Of a stretch of DNA of 64,000 nt, positions 1 to 13,947 are shown piece by piece. The position numbers were made by a program, and so were the translations under genes. How positions within the stretch are numbered: position 1 is the stretch's first letter; each line of letters opens with the position of its first letter. The notes beneath the pieces were generated by a model. The model saw only the letters and a program-made list of their open reading frames with translations, did not search any database and was not told the origin of the DNA. Source of the stretch: Escherichia phage AV122; sequence record OR352952.1; one strand, 5' to 3'.

Positions 1-2314
<2,314 letters not shown>

Positions 2315-2342
2315 TATTAAAGCATATTAAAGAGGATTAAAA

Positions 2343-4322
2343 ATGACTTTATTATCTCCGGGCATTGAGCTCAAAGAAACTACGGTTCAAAGCACCGTGG
2401 TTAATAACTCTACTGGTACAGCAGCTTTGGCCGGTAAATTCCAGTGGGGTCCTGCTTTTCAGATTAAACAGGTTACAAATGAAGTAGATTTAGTTAATAC
2501 TTTTGGTCAACCAACCGCTGAAACTGCTGACTATTTTATGTCTGCGATGAATTTCTTGCAGTACGGAAATGACTTACGAGTAGTTCGTGCTGTTGATAGA
2601 GATACCGCTAAAAACTCATCACCAATTGCTGGTAATATTGAATACACAATTTCTACCCCAGGTAGTAACTACGCGGTTGGAGATAAAATCACGGTCAAAT
2701 ATGTTTCAGACGATATTGAAACTGAAGGTAAAATTACTGAAGTAGACGCAGATGGAAAAATTAAGAAAATTAATATTCCTACTGCAAAAATTATCGCTAA
2801 AGCAAAAGAAGTCGGTGAATATCCAACATTAGGTTCTAACTGGACTGCGGAAATTTCTTCATCTTCCTCTGGTTTAGCTGCAGTAATAACTCTTGGAAAA
2901 ATTATTACTGATTCTGGTATTTTATTAGCTGAAATTGAAAATGCTGAAGCTGCTATGACAGCGGTTGACTTTCAAGCAAATCTTAAAAAATACGGAATTC
3001 CAGGAGTAGTAGCTCTTTATCCAGGCGAATTAGGCGATAAAATTGAAATTGAAATCGTATCTAAAGCTGACTACGCAAAAGGGGCTTCTGCATTACTCCC
3101 AATTTATCCAGGTGGTGGTACTCGCGCATCTACTGCTAAAGCAGTGTTTGGGTATGGACCGCAAACTGATTCACAGTACGCTATTATAGTTCGTCGTAAT
3201 GATGCTATTGTTCAAAGTGTTGTTCTTTCAACTAAGCGTGGTGAAAAAGATATTTACGATAGTAACATCTATATCGATGACTTTTTCGCAAAAGGCGGCT
3301 CAGAATATATTTTTGCAACTGCACAAAACTGGCCAGAAGGCTTCTCTGGAATTTTAACTCTGTCTGGTGGATTATCATCAAATGCTGAAGTAACAGCAGG
3401 AGATTTGATGGAAGCTTGGGACTTCTTTGCTGACCGTGAATCCGTTGATGTTCAATTGTTTATTGCGGGTTCTTGTGCCGGTGAATCTTTAGAAACAGCA
3501 TCTACTGTCCAAAAACACGTCGTTTCAATTGGGGATGCTCGCCAAGATTGCTTAGTATTGTGCTCACCACCGCGTGAAACTGTAGTTGGAATTCCTGTAA
3601 CTCGTGCAGTAGATAATTTAGTTAACTGGAGAACTGCAGCAGGTTCATACACTGATAATAACTTTAATATCAGTTCAACCTATGCAGCAATCGACGGCAA
3701 CTACAAATATCAGTATGACAAATATAATGATGTGAATCGTTGGGTTCCATTAGCAGCTGATATTGCTGGTTTATGCGCAAGAACTGATAACGTATCTCAG
3801 ACTTGGATGTCTCCAGCTGGTTATAATCGTGGCCAGATTCTTAACGTTATTAAACTTGCTATTGAAACTCGCCAGGCTCAGCGCGACCGTTTATACCAAG
3901 AAGCTATCAACCCGGTAACTGGTACAGGTGGTGATGGTTACGTATTGTACGGTGATAAAACAGCTACTTCTGTTCCTTCTCCGTTTGATCGTATTAACGT
4001 TCGTCGTCTGTTTAATATGTTGAAAACGAATATCGGACGTAGTTCAAAATATCGTTTGTTCGAATTAAACAACGCGTTTACTCGTTCATCATTCCGCACA
4101 GAAACTGCCCAGTACTTACAGGGAATTAAAGCTCTCGGTGGAATTTATGAATATCGTGTAGTTTGCGATACAACAAATAATACTCCGTCAGTAATTGATA
4201 GAAATGAGTTTGTTGCAACATTCTACATCCAACCGGCGCGCAGTATAAATTATATTACTTTGAATTTCGTCGCAACTGCTACTGGTGCAGATTTCGATGA
4301 GTTAACTGGTCTTGCAGGTTAA
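2343..4322 (+). CDS. 18: contractile tail sheath protein gp18
   Basis: 659 aa as T4 gp18; TATAAATA and SD AGAGGA upstream. Confidence 0.95.
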   Translation: MTLLSPGIELKETTVQSTVVNNSTGTAALAGKFQWGPAFQIKQVTNEVDLVNTFGQPTAETADYFMSAMNFLQYGNDLRVVRAVDRDTAKNSSPIAGNIEYTISTPGSNYAVGDKITVKYVSDDIETEGKITEVDADGKIKKINIPTAKIIAKAKEVGEYPTLGSNWTAEISSSSSGLAAVITLGKIITDSGILLAEIENAEAAMTAVDFQANLKKYGIPGVVALYPGELGDKIEIEIVSKADYAKGASALLPIYPGGGTRASTAKAVFGYGPQTDSQYAIIVRRNDAIVQSVVLSTKRGEKDIYDSNIYIDDFFAKGGSEYIFATAQNWPEGFSGILTLSGGLSSNAEVTAGDLMEAWDFFADRESVDVQLFIAGSCAGESLETASTVQKHVVSIGDARQDCLVLCSPPRETVVGIPVTRAVDNLVNWRTAAGSYTDNNFNISSTYAAIDGNYKYQYDKYNDVNRWVPLAADIAGLCARTDNVSQTWMSPAGYNRGQILNVIKLAIETRQAQRDRLYQEAINPVTGTGGDGYVLYGDKTATSVPSPFDRINVRRLFNMLKTNIGRSSKYRLFELNNAFTRSSFRTETAQYLQGIKALGGIYEYRVVCDTTNNTPSVIDRNEFVATFYIQPARSINYITLNFVATATGADFDELTGLAG

Positions 4323-4329
4323 TTGATAT

Positions 4330-4343
4330 GGGGCTTCGGCCCC
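4330..4343 (+). terminator. stem-loop after gene 18 (GGGGC-UUCG-GCCCC)
   Basis: Perfect 5-bp GC stem with UUCG tetraloop just after the gene 18 stop. Confidence 0.55.
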
Positions 4344-4360
4344 TATTCTCGAGGAATCAA

Positions 4361-4978
4361 GTGATTATTTCTAAATTTATTAAAGTGAAAATTGTACCAT
4401 CAAATTTTAAACATTATCAATCAAAGGGTTATAAATTAACACCTCTTGGAGCGGTTAAACACGGATTTAGGTATTATGAAATTGATGTTAAAGTTGAAGA
4501 CATTAAAGGTAGTACCGCGTATGTAAAATGCCGTTGCGATAAATGTGGAATTGAATATAACCAACGCATTGGAAGAAACACTGATATTTGTCGTGATTGC
4601 CGTCATAAAGATAAAATGCGCAATAATTCATATGGTTCCGCGAATAAAGGAAAAACAGTAGAATGTATGCATGGCGTAAATCATCCAAGATGGAACCCAA
4701 ATAAATCTGAAATGCGTGAATATATTTCATTGGTATATAAAGAAACTCGTAAGCATAAGAAAATTTGGTCAAAATGGCCGAATGCTGATAAGATAGGAGT
4801 GTGTGGTACAGAAGGTGCTTACCAACTTGATCATAAGGTATCTATCAAATACGGTTTTGATAATTTAATTCCTGCTAAAATAATTGGCGGTATTAATAAT
4901 TTAGAAATAATCACTTGGGAATCTAACCGAGAAAAGTCAAAAAGAAATAGTGTAGATCTTTGGGATTTGCTAGAATGA
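4361..4978 (+). CDS. HNH-family endonuclease-like protein (putative freestanding homing endonuclease)
   Basis: GTG 4361 preceded by GAGGAA at 5-nt spacing; in-frame ATG 4328 lies inside hairpin 4330-4343 without SD; Cys cluster CRCDKCG..CRDCRH; C-terminal DH...NN..N motif. Confidence 0.6.
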   Translation: MIISKFIKVKIVPSNFKHYQSKGYKLTPLGAVKHGFRYYEIDVKVEDIKGSTAYVKCRCDKCGIEYNQRIGRNTDICRDCRHKDKMRNNSYGSANKGKTVECMHGVNHPRWNPNKSEMREYISLVYKETRKHKKIWSKWPNADKIGVCGTEGAYQLDHKVSIKYGFDNLIPAKIIGGINNLEIITWESNREKSKRNSVDLWDLLE

Positions 4979-4985
4979 TTCTAAA

Positions 4986-5003
4986 GGCCTGTTTCGGCAG
5001 GCC
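4986..5003 (+). terminator. stem-loop after the HNH ORF
   Basis: GGCCTG-TTTCGG-CAGGCC after stop 4978. Confidence 0.5.
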
Positions 5004-5004
5004 A

Positions 5005-5012
5005 TATAAATA
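5005..5012 (+). promoter_or_regulatory. late promoter TATAAATA (gene 19, distal)
   Basis: Exact TATAAATA after hairpin 4986-5003. Confidence 0.6.
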
Positions 5013-5063
5013 CACTATATCCTTAATTCTTTAATTCTATATGCCCTAGGTTAAACATAGGGA

Positions 5064-5071
5064 TATAAATA
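5064..5071 (+). promoter_or_regulatory. late promoter TATAAATA (gene 19, proximal)
   Basis: Exact TATAAATA 15 nt upstream of ATG 5086. Confidence 0.65.
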
Positions 5072-5085
5072 CTACAGAGGCTAAT

Positions 5086-5577
5086 ATGTTTGTAGATGAT
5101 GTAACACGCGCGTTTGAATCGGGTGATTTTGCGCGACCTAACTTATTCCAAGTAGAAATTTCTTATCTTGGACAAAATTTTACGTTTCAATGTAAAGCCA
5201 CTGCTTTACCAGCTGGTATTGTAGAAAAAATTCCAGTCGGATTTATGAACCGTAAAATTAACGTAGCAGGCGATCGTACATTCGATGACTGGACTGTTAC
5301 AGTAATGAACGATGAAGCTCATGATGCTCGCCAGAAGTTCGTTGATTGGCAAAGCATTGCTGCGGGGCAAGGAAACGAAATTACTGGTGGAAAACCTGCA
5401 GAGTATAAAAAGAGCGCTATCGTTCGTCAATATGCTCGTGATGCTAAAACAGTAACAAAAGAAATTGAAATTAAAGGTCTGTGGCCTACTAACGTGGGTG
5501 AACTTCAATTAGATTGGGATTCAAACAATGAAATCCAAACATTTGAAGTAACTCTTGCTCTCGATTATTGGGAATAA
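5086..5577 (+). CDS. 19: tail tube protein gp19
   Basis: 163 aa as T4 gp19; two TATAAATA late promoters and SD GAGG upstream. Confidence 0.9.
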   Translation: MFVDDVTRAFESGDFARPNLFQVEISYLGQNFTFQCKATALPAGIVEKIPVGFMNRKINVAGDRTFDDWTVTVMNDEAHDARQKFVDWQSIAAGQGNEITGGKPAEYKKSAIVRQYARDAKTVTKEIEIKGLWPTNVGELQLDWDSNNEIQTFEVTLALDYWE

Positions 5578-5582
5578 AATGA

Positions 5583-5600
5583 ATGGGGAGAAATCCCCAT
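5583..5600 (+). terminator. stem-loop after gene 19
   Basis: ATGGGGA-GAAA-TCCCCAT. Confidence 0.5.
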
Positions 5601-5609
5601 CCTGCTTAA

Positions 5610-7234
<1,625 letters not shown>

Positions 7235-7235
<1 letters not shown>

Positions 7236-7480
7236 TGGAAGGTTTAATTGAAGCTATTAAATCAAACGACCTCGTAGCCGCTCGTAAATTATTTGCTGAA
7301 GCCATGGCTGCAAGAACGATTGATTTAATTAAAGAAGAAAAAATCGCTATCGCTCGTAATTTCTTAATCGAAGGTGAAGAACCTGAAGACGAGGATGAAG
7401 ATGAAGATGATGACGAAGATAGCGATGATAAAGACGACAAAAAAGACAAAGACTCTGACGAAGACGAGGATGATGAATAA
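7235..7480 (+). CDS. 67: prohead core protein gp67 (acidic C-terminus)
   Basis: 81 aa, Asp/Glu-rich tail; TAATG overlap with gene 20 stop. Confidence 0.8.
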
Positions 7481-7905
7481 TGCTTCTGATCCCTGAAACT
7501 CATGAATTAGTTCTCGAGAATGTCGAAGCACTTATTCCTGAAGCACAGGGTCGCTTTGACGAATTGTCTTCTGCTTTAAATAAAGACGATATAAATACAA
7601 TTGTCGAGAATATGCTTGATGATGAAACTGATTTAGCGGTTGCATTAGCTTCTATTAATGAAAATATGCCGCTAAATGAATTTATCGTTAAACATGTTTC
7701 TGCCCGTGGTGAAATTACTCGCACTAAAGACCGCAAAACGCGTGAACGTAATGCATTTCAAACCACCGGGCTGTCTAAAGCAAAACGTAGACAAATTGCT
7801 CGTAAAGCTACCAAAACGAAGATTGCCAATCCAGCAGGTCAATCTCGTGCTCAGCGTAAGCGTAAAAAAGCTCTTAAACGCCGTAAAGCATTAGGATTAA
7901 GCTAA
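7480..7905 (+). CDS. 68: prohead core protein gp68
   Basis: 141 aa; start overlaps gp67 stop; position between 67 and 21. Confidence 0.8.
7590..7597 (+). promoter_or_regulatory. candidate internal late promoter (within gene 68)
   Basis: Exact TATAAATA inside the gene 68 coding sequence. Confidence 0.35.
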
Positions 7906-8543
7906 TGAATGAACCCCAATTACTAATTGAAACTTGGGGTCAACCTGGCGAAATTATTGATGGCGTGCCAATGCTTGAATCTCACGATGGAAAAGACTTA
8001 GGTTTAAAACCGGGTTTATACATCGAAGGAATATTCATGCAAGCGGAAGTTGTCAATAGAAATAAACGTCTTTATCCAAAACGCATATTAGAAAAAGCGG
8101 TAAAAGACTATATTAATGAGCAAGTTTTAACTAAACAAGCTCTCGGAGAATTAAATCATCCTCCACGCGCTAATGTTGACCCAATGCAAGCCGCTATCAT
8201 TATAGAAGATATGTGGTGGAAAGGAAATGACGTATACGGACGAGCTCGTGTTATTGAAGGTGACCATGGTCCTGGAGATAAATTAGCAGCTAATATTCGT
8301 GCCGGATGGATTCCAGGAGTTTCTTCTCGTGGATTAGGTTCATTGACTGACACAAATAAAGGTTATCGTATCGTAAACGAAGGATTCAAATTAACTGTAG
8401 GTGTTGATGCAGTATGGGGTCCAAGTGCTCCAGATGCATGGGTAACTCCTAAGGAAATTACCGAATCACAGACGGCGGAAGCCGATACAAGTGCCGATGA
8501 CGCCTATATGGCTCTCGCAGAGGCCATGAAAAAAGCGTTATAA
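7905..8543 (+). CDS. 21: prohead core protease gp21
   Basis: 212 aa as T4 gp21. Confidence 0.9.
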   Translation: MNEPQLLIETWGQPGEIIDGVPMLESHDGKDLGLKPGLYIEGIFMQAEVVNRNKRLYPKRILEKAVKDYINEQVLTKQALGELNHPPRANVDPMQAAIIIEDMWWKGNDVYGRARVIEGDHGPGDKLAANIRAGWIPGVSSRGLGSLTDTNKGYRIVNEGFKLTVGVDAVWGPSAPDAWVTPKEITESQTAEADTSADDAYMALAEAMKKAL

Positions 8544-8546
8544 ATA
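8539..8546 (+). promoter_or_regulatory. late promoter TATAAATA for gene 22
   Basis: Exact TATAAATA overlapping the gene 21 stop. Confidence 0.7.
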
Positions 8547-8573
8547 TTATTATCTAAACAACAGGACTACAAA

Positions 8574-9383
8574 ATGCTTAAAGAACAACTGATTGCCGAA
8601 GCGCAGAAAATTGATGCTTCCGTTGCTCTTGATAGTATTTTCGAATCAGTTAATATTTCTCCGGAAGCAAAAGAAACTTTCGGCACTGTATTCGAAGCTA
8701 CCGTCAAGCAGCACGCCGTTAAATTAGCTGAATCTCATATCGCTAAAATTGCTGAAAAAGCAGAAGAAGAAGTAGAAAAAAATAAAGAAGAAGCAGAAGA
8801 AAAAGCTGAGAAGAAAATCGCTGAGCAAGCTTCTAAATTCCTTGACCATCTTGCAAAAGAATGGCTCACTGAAAATAAATTAGCAGTAGATAAAGGTATC
8901 AAAGCCGAACTGTTTGAATCCATGCTTGGTGGATTGAAAGAGCTCTTCGTTGAACACAACGTTGTTGTTCCAGAAGAATCAGTTGATGTTGTAGCTGAAA
9001 TGGAAGAAGAGCTGCAAGAACATAAAGAAGAATCAGCTCGTCTGTTCGAAGAACTCAATAAGCGTGACGCATATATCAATTATGTGCAGCGTGAAGTGGC
9101 ATTGAGCGAAAGTACTAAAGATCTGACTGAGTCTCAAAAAGAAAAAGTCTCTGCTCTGGTCGAAGGTATGGATTATTCAGATGAATTCTCAAGTAAATTG
9201 AGTGCCATCGTAGAAATGGTGAAGAAGTCTAATAAAGATGAAAGCACTATTACTGAGGGTATAAATACTCCTGATACTGAAGCAGCCGGACTGAATTTCG
9301 TCACTGAAGCTGTAGAAGATAAAGCTGCACAGGGTGCAGAAGATATTGTAAGTGTATATGCGAAAGTCGCATCTCGTTTCTAA
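8574..9383 (+). CDS. 22: prohead scaffold core protein gp22
   Basis: 269 aa, highly charged coiled-coil-like; synteny. Confidence 0.9.
   Translation: MLKEQLIAEAQKIDASVALDSIFESVNISPEAKETFGTVFEATVKQHAVKLAESHIAKIAEKAEEEVEKNKEEAEEKAEKKIAEQASKFLDHLAKEWLTENKLAVDKGIKAELFESMLGGLKELFVEHNVVVPEESVDVVAEMEEELQEHKEESARLFEELNKRDAYINYVQREVALSESTKDLTESQKEKVSALVEGMDYSDEFSSKLSAIVEMVKKSNKDESTITEGINTPDTEAAGLNFVTEAVEDKAAQGAEDIVSVYAKVASRF
9260..9267 (+). promoter_or_regulatory. candidate late promoter for gene 23 (inside end of gene 22)
   Basis: Exact TATAAATA about 135 nt upstream of ATG 9402. Confidence 0.5.
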
Positions 9384-9401
9384 TTTTAAAGGTTAACACA
9401 A

Positions 9402-10967
9402 ATGACTATCAAAACTAAAGCTGAACTTTTGAACAAATGGAAGCCATTACTGGAAGGTGAAGGTTTACCGGAAATTGCTAATAGCAAACAAGCGATTATC
9501 GCTAAAATCTTTGAAAACCAGGAAAAAGATTTCCAGACAGCTCCAGAGTACAAAGACGAAAAAATTGCTCAGGCATTTGGTTCTTTCTTAACAGAAGCTG
9601 AAATCGGTGGTGACCACGGTTACAACGCTACTAACATCGCTGCTGGTCAGACTTCTGGCGCAGTAACTCAGATTGGCCCAGCTGTTATGGGTATGGTACG
9701 TCGTGCTATTCCTAACCTGATTGCTTTCGATATTTGCGGTGTTCAGCCGATGAACAGCCCGACTGGTCAGGTATTCGCACTGCGCGCTGTATACGGTAAA
9801 GACCCAATCGCTGCCGATGCTAAAGAAGCATTCCACCCAATGTATGGTCCAGATGCAATGTTCTCTGGTCAGGGTGCTGCTAAGAAATTCCCAGCTCTGG
9901 CTGCTAGCACACAAACCACAGTAGGTGATATCTATACTCACTTCTTCCAGGACACTGGTACTGTGTATCTGCAAGCTTCTGCTCAAGTAACAATCGATGC
10001 TGGTGCGACTGATGCTGCTAAATTAGATGCTGAAATTAAGAAACAAATGGAAGCTGGTGCACTGGTAGAAATCGCTGAAGGTATGGCTACTTCTATCGCT
10101 GAACTTCAGGAAGGTTTCAATGGTTCTACCGATAACCCATGGAATGAAATGGGCTTCCGTATCGATAAGCAAGTTATCGAAGCTAAATCTCGCCAGCTGA
10201 AAGCTGCTTACTCTATTGAATTAGCACAAGACCTCCGCGCTGTTCACGGTATGGATGCTGATGCTGAACTGTCTGGTATTCTGGCTACCGAAATCATGCT
10301 GGAAATCAACCGTGAAGTTGTTGATTGGATTAACTACTCCGCACAGGTTGGTAAATCTGGTATGACCCTGACTCCGGGTTCTAAAGCTGGTGTATTTGAC
10401 TTCCAGGACCCAATCGATATTCGTGGTGCTCGCTGGGCGGGTGAATCCTTTAAAGCTCTGTTGTTCCAGATTGACAAAGAAGCAGTTGAAATTGCTCGTC
10501 AAACCGGTCGCGGCGAAGGTAACTTCATTATCGCTTCTCGTAACGTAGTTAACGTACTGGCTTCTGTTGATACTGGCATTTCTTATGCTGCTCAAGGTTT
10601 GGCAACCGGTTTTAATACTGATACTACTAAGTCAGTATTTGCAGGTGTTCTGGGTGGTAAATACCGTGTATATATCGACCAGTATGCTAAACAGGATTAT
10701 TTCACTGTAGGTTATAAAGGTCCGAACGAAATGGATGCTGGTATTTACTATGCTCCATATGTAGCTCTGACTCCGCTGCGTGGTTCCGATCCGAAGAACT
10801 TCCAACCAGTAATGGGATTCAAAACTCGTTACGGTATCGGTATCAACCCATTTGCAGAATCCGCTGCTCAGGCTCCGGCTTCTCGCATTCAGAGTGGTAT
10901 GCCTTCTATCCTGAACAGCCTTGGTAAGAACGCTTACTTCCGCCGTGTATATGTTAAAGGTATCTAA
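9402..10967 (+). CDS. 23: major capsid protein gp23
   Basis: 521 aa as T4 gp23; strongly biased codon usage typical of a highly expressed late gene. Confidence 0.95.
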   Translation: MTIKTKAELLNKWKPLLEGEGLPEIANSKQAIIAKIFENQEKDFQTAPEYKDEKIAQAFGSFLTEAEIGGDHGYNATNIAAGQTSGAVTQIGPAVMGMVRRAIPNLIAFDICGVQPMNSPTGQVFALRAVYGKDPIAADAKEAFHPMYGPDAMFSGQGAAKKFPALAASTQTTVGDIYTHFFQDTGTVYLQASAQVTIDAGATDAAKLDAEIKKQMEAGALVEIAEGMATSIAELQEGFNGSTDNPWNEMGFRIDKQVIEAKSRQLKAAYSIELAQDLRAVHGMDADAELSGILATEIMLEINREVVDWINYSAQVGKSGMTLTPGSKAGVFDFQDPIDIRGARWAGESFKALLFQIDKEAVEIARQTGRGEGNFIIASRNVVNVLASVDTGISYAAQGLATGFNTDTTKSVFAGVLGGKYRVYIDQYAKQDYFTVGYKGPNEMDAGIYYAPYVALTPLRGSDPKNFQPVMGFKTRYGIGINPFAESAAQAPASRIQSGMPSILNSLGKNAYFRRVYVKGI

Positions 10968-10982
10968 TCTTTGACGATTTAA

Positions 10983-10998
10983 GGGACCTTCGGGTCCC
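10983..10998 (+). terminator. stem-loop after gene 23
   Basis: GGGACC-TTCG-GGTCCC followed by T-run. Confidence 0.6.
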
Positions 10999-11015
10999 TT
11001 TAGTTGTTTTTATGG

Positions 11016-11023
11016 TATAAATA
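11016..11023 (+). promoter_or_regulatory. late promoter TATAAATA for gene 24
   Basis: Exact TATAAATA between hairpin and ATG 11051. Confidence 0.7.
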
Positions 11024-11050
11024 AATCATATAAACTGAAAGGAAAGCGCA

Positions 11051-12334
11051 ATGGCTAAAATCAACGAACTTCTGCGCGAATCAACCACAACGAATAGCAA
11101 CTCAATCGGTCGCCCAAATCTCGTTGCTTTGACTCGCGCTACCACTAAATTAATATATTCTGACATTGTAGCAACGCAAAGAACTAATCAACCTGTTGCT
11201 GCTTTTTATGGTATCAAATACCTTAACCCAGACAATGAATTTACATTTAAAACTGGTGCTACTTACGCTGGCGAAGCTGGATATGTAGACCGAGAACAAA
11301 TCACAGAATTGACAGAAGAGTCTAAATTAACTCTCAATAAAGGCGATTTATTCAAATATAATAATATCGTTTATAAAGTATTAGAAGATACTCCATTTGC
11401 TGATATTGAAGAAAGCGATTTAGAATTAGCTCTTCAGATTGCAATTGTTCTTTTAAAGGTTCGTCTATTTTCTGACGCAGCATCAACAAGCAAATTTGAA
11501 AGCTCTGATAGTGAAATTGCGGATGCTAGATTCCAGATTAATAAATGGCAAACCGCCGTTAAATCTCGTAAACTTAAAACTGGCATCACAGTTGAATTAG
11601 CACAAGATTTAGAAGCAAATGGATTCGATGCTCCTAATTTCTTGGAAGATTTGCTTGCAACTGAAATGGCAGATGAAATCAATAAAGATATTCTGCAGTC
11701 TTTGATTACAGTATCAAAACGTTATAAAGTTACAGGAATTACTGATACTGGATTCATTGATTTGAGTTATGCATCTGCACCTGAAGCTGGTCGTTCATTA
11801 TACCGAATGGTATGTGAAATGGTTTCGCATATCCAAAAAGAATCAACTTATACAGCAACGTTTTGTGTTGCTTCAGCTCGTGCCGCTGCGATTCTTGCTG
11901 CATCAGGTTGGTTAAAACATAAACCAGAAGATGATAAATATCTTTCACAAAATGCCTATGGGTTCTTAGCTAATGGTTTACCGCTTTATTGCGATACTAA
12001 CAGCCCATTAGATTATGTAATCGTTGGCGTAGTAGAAAATATCGGTGAAAAAGAAATTGTTGGATCAATTTTCTATGCTCCGTATACAGAAGGTCTCGAC
12101 TTAGATGACCCTGAACATGTAGGTGCATTTAAAGTTGTTGTTGATCCAGAAAGCTTGCAACCGTCTATCGGTTTATTAGTTAGATATGCTTTATCTGCAA
12201 ATCCTTACACCGTAGCAAAAGATGAAAAAGAAGCAAGAGTAATTGATGGTGGAGACATGGATAAAATGGCGGGTCGTTCAGATTTGTCTGTTTTATTAGG
12301 TGTTAAGCTACCAAAAATTATCATTGATGAATAA
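11051..12334 (+). CDS. 24: capsid vertex protein gp24
   Basis: 427 aa as T4 gp24; gp23 paralog; late promoter upstream. Confidence 0.9.
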   Translation: MAKINELLRESTTTNSNSIGRPNLVALTRATTKLIYSDIVATQRTNQPVAAFYGIKYLNPDNEFTFKTGATYAGEAGYVDREQITELTEESKLTLNKGDLFKYNNIVYKVLEDTPFADIEESDLELALQIAIVLLKVRLFSDAASTSKFESSDSEIADARFQINKWQTAVKSRKLKTGITVELAQDLEANGFDAPNFLEDLLATEMADEINKDILQSLITVSKRYKVTGITDTGFIDLSYASAPEAGRSLYRMVCEMVSHIQKESTYTATFCVASARAAAILAASGWLKHKPEDDKYLSQNAYGFLANGLPLYCDTNSPLDYVIVGVVENIGEKEIVGSIFYAPYTEGLDLDDPEHVGAFKVVVDPESLQPSIGLLVRYALSANPYTVAKDEKEARVIDGGDMDKMAGRSDLSVLLGVKLPKIIIDE

Positions 12335-12340
12335 AACAAA

Positions 12341-12356
12341 GGGACCTTTCGGTCCC
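12341..12356. terminator. bidirectional stem-loop between convergent genes 24 and rnlB
   Basis: AAA-GGGACC-TTTC-GGTCCC-TTTTT between convergent stops. Confidence 0.65.
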
Positions 12357-12363
12357 TTTTTAT

Positions 12364-13368
12364 TTAGCTCACCAACTCAATCCAAGCTGGACGAAGTACA
12401 TCTTGTACCATTTTAACTAATTCCTTCTTAATCAAAGAAGGATTATCTGCTTGAGTTAGAGTAATACCTTCACGAGAAGTTTCTTCCAAAATATCTTGAA
12501 CAGTTAGCCCCATCACCTTTCCAAAATCCTTTGGACCAATTTCGCCAATTTTAGAAATAACGTTATTTACCCGGTTCAGTGTAACGTAACAAGCTAAAAT
12601 TCCAACCAATTTGTTATCAGCTTCTGATAGTTCAACTTTAGCTTTAATAGGCTTATCAGACTTTTTCTTTTCACTAAATTTAGAATTCTTGCATTTGATA
12701 GCTACACGATTGCGATTAGGCAGCCAAGAAGGATAACAAGGTTTCAATACATATCCTTCAGCGGTAAATACTTCGCCTTTGGCTTCAGCTTTCCAAACAC
12801 ATTTGTTAGCGTCAATTAAACCTGCATTATCTACGGTAAAATTATAAGACGGAACAACAGAATCCAAATCATTTGGAAGTTTAATAAGATCTTCAAATTT
12901 ACCACGACCCAAAAGTGGAGCGATTTTAAACCCAAATGAATTACAAAACGATTCCATCATGTAATCATCAACATAAGTTACATCGCCACTTTCTGTAGTG
13001 ACAATAATGTCAAATACATAAAAATCTTTATCGCCATAATCAACATTCTTCTGAATGCCAGGTCCAGCGAATTCGCCAAAGACTTGATAAGATACAACCG
13101 CTGAAGTTTCCATAATATCTTGTACTGCTTTAATGGAATCAGCGTAATTCTTTAGAATAATTTCATACCCAAAGAAATCTTCAGCAGGAAGAATCGGTCC
13201 AGTACGTTTAGCGCAAGTTACTTTATCACGCTCAATAATCAAAGAAAAGTTTGTTCCATGAATTTTTTCACGAGCTACCCATTCGCCGCCAGTCAATCCC
13301 AAGCTATAAAGTTTTTCAATAAATTTAGAGTTGTAATGATTTTCAAGACTGCTATACTTTTTAAACAT
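12364..13368 (-). CDS. rnlB: RNA ligase 2 (RnlB)
   Basis: 334 aa as T4 Rnl2; nucleotidyltransferase KxHGxN motif (EKIHGTN). Confidence 0.85.
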   Translation of the reverse strand: MFKKYSSLENHYNSKFIEKLYSLGLTGGEWVAREKIHGTNFSLIIERDKVTCAKRTGPILPAEDFFGYEIILKNYADSIKAVQDIMETSAVVSYQVFGEFAGPGIQKNVDYGDKDFYVFDIIVTTESGDVTYVDDYMMESFCNSFGFKIAPLLGRGKFEDLIKLPNDLDSVVPSYNFTVDNAGLIDANKCVWKAEAKGEVFTAEGYVLKPCYPSWLPNRNRVAIKCKNSKFSEKKKSDKPIKAKVELSEADNKLVGILACYVTLNRVNNVISKIGEIGPKDFGKVMGLTVQDILEETSREGITLTQADNPSLIKKELVKMVQDVLRPAWIELVS

Positions 13369-13377
13369 AATTAATCC

Positions 13378-13656
13378 TCAAAATGTAATTTCTAACCAAT
13401 CACCATCACGCTGATCACTATTGACTTTAAAATTAAATCCTTCTTTTCTCAGCCAATCACCAATTTCTTCAGTAATCAGTTTATCGCGAGCAGTACAATA
13501 ATAACTAAAATATGTTTTACCTTGTTCAGCTGCTTTATTAGCAAGTTCTGAAAAATCTTTAATAAAACACTCTAGCTTAAACTGTTTACTTTTTAATGCT
13601 TTTTCACGTAATTGATTAGCAAAAGATTCATTTTCATAAAGATCATACTGTTCCAT
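13378..13656 (-). CDS. hypothetical protein (T4 24.2 position)
   Basis: 92-aa ORF with ATG; synteny. Confidence 0.55.
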   Translation of the reverse strand: MEQYDLYENESFANQLREKALKSKQFKLECFIKDFSELANKAAEQGKTYFSYYCTARDKLITEEIGDWLRKEGFNFKVNSDQRDGDWLEITF

Positions 13657-13858
13657 TTTTCACCTTTTTATTAATATGTCTTTTTCTATAGACAACTTTT
13701 TCTCGAGTTTCAAATTTATTCTTAGCAGTCATAGCTCGAGCCCATAATACAGCCACTTCTTTCACCTGTAAATTTAATTCACGAGCAATTTCAATGAATG
13801 ACTTTCCAGACTCATGAAGAGTAAACACCACAACCTCAGTTCTCATAATCAATCTCAT
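13643..13858 (-). CDS. hypothetical protein, possible helix-turn-helix (T4 24.3 position)
   Basis: 71-aa ORF; SFIEIARELNLQVKEV resembles an HTH. Confidence 0.5.
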   Translation of the reverse strand: MRLIMRTEVVVFTLHESGKSFIEIARELNLQVKEVAVLWARAMTAKNKFETREKVVYRKRHINKKVKNGTV

Positions 13859-13927
13859 GTTATCGAGTTGGTGCCATTATATACATCATTTTCTGATTGT
13901 GTTTTGTGTGCTTTCAAAATGAAGAAA

Positions 13928-13941
13928 GGGGCCGAAGCCCC
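13928..13941 (-). terminator. stem-loop after hoc
   Basis: GGGGC-CGAA-GCCCC just beyond the hoc stop. Confidence 0.55.
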
Positions 13942-13947
13942 TTATGA

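Noticed and set aside
8735-9079. 114-aa minus-strand ORF inside gene 22
   Set aside because: Antisense to the scaffold gene, low-complexity Ser-rich translation from the GAA/AAA-rich sense strand; no start context
9588-10595. Two minus-strand ORFs (132 and 124 aa) inside gene 23
   Set aside because: Antisense to the major capsid gene, whose codon bias leaves long open antisense frames; no promoter or RBS
13821-13826. GTTTAC hexamer inside ORF 13643-13858 as a possible early promoter
   Set aside because: Isolated -35-like hexamer without a matching TGnTAnTAT -10 at the right spacing
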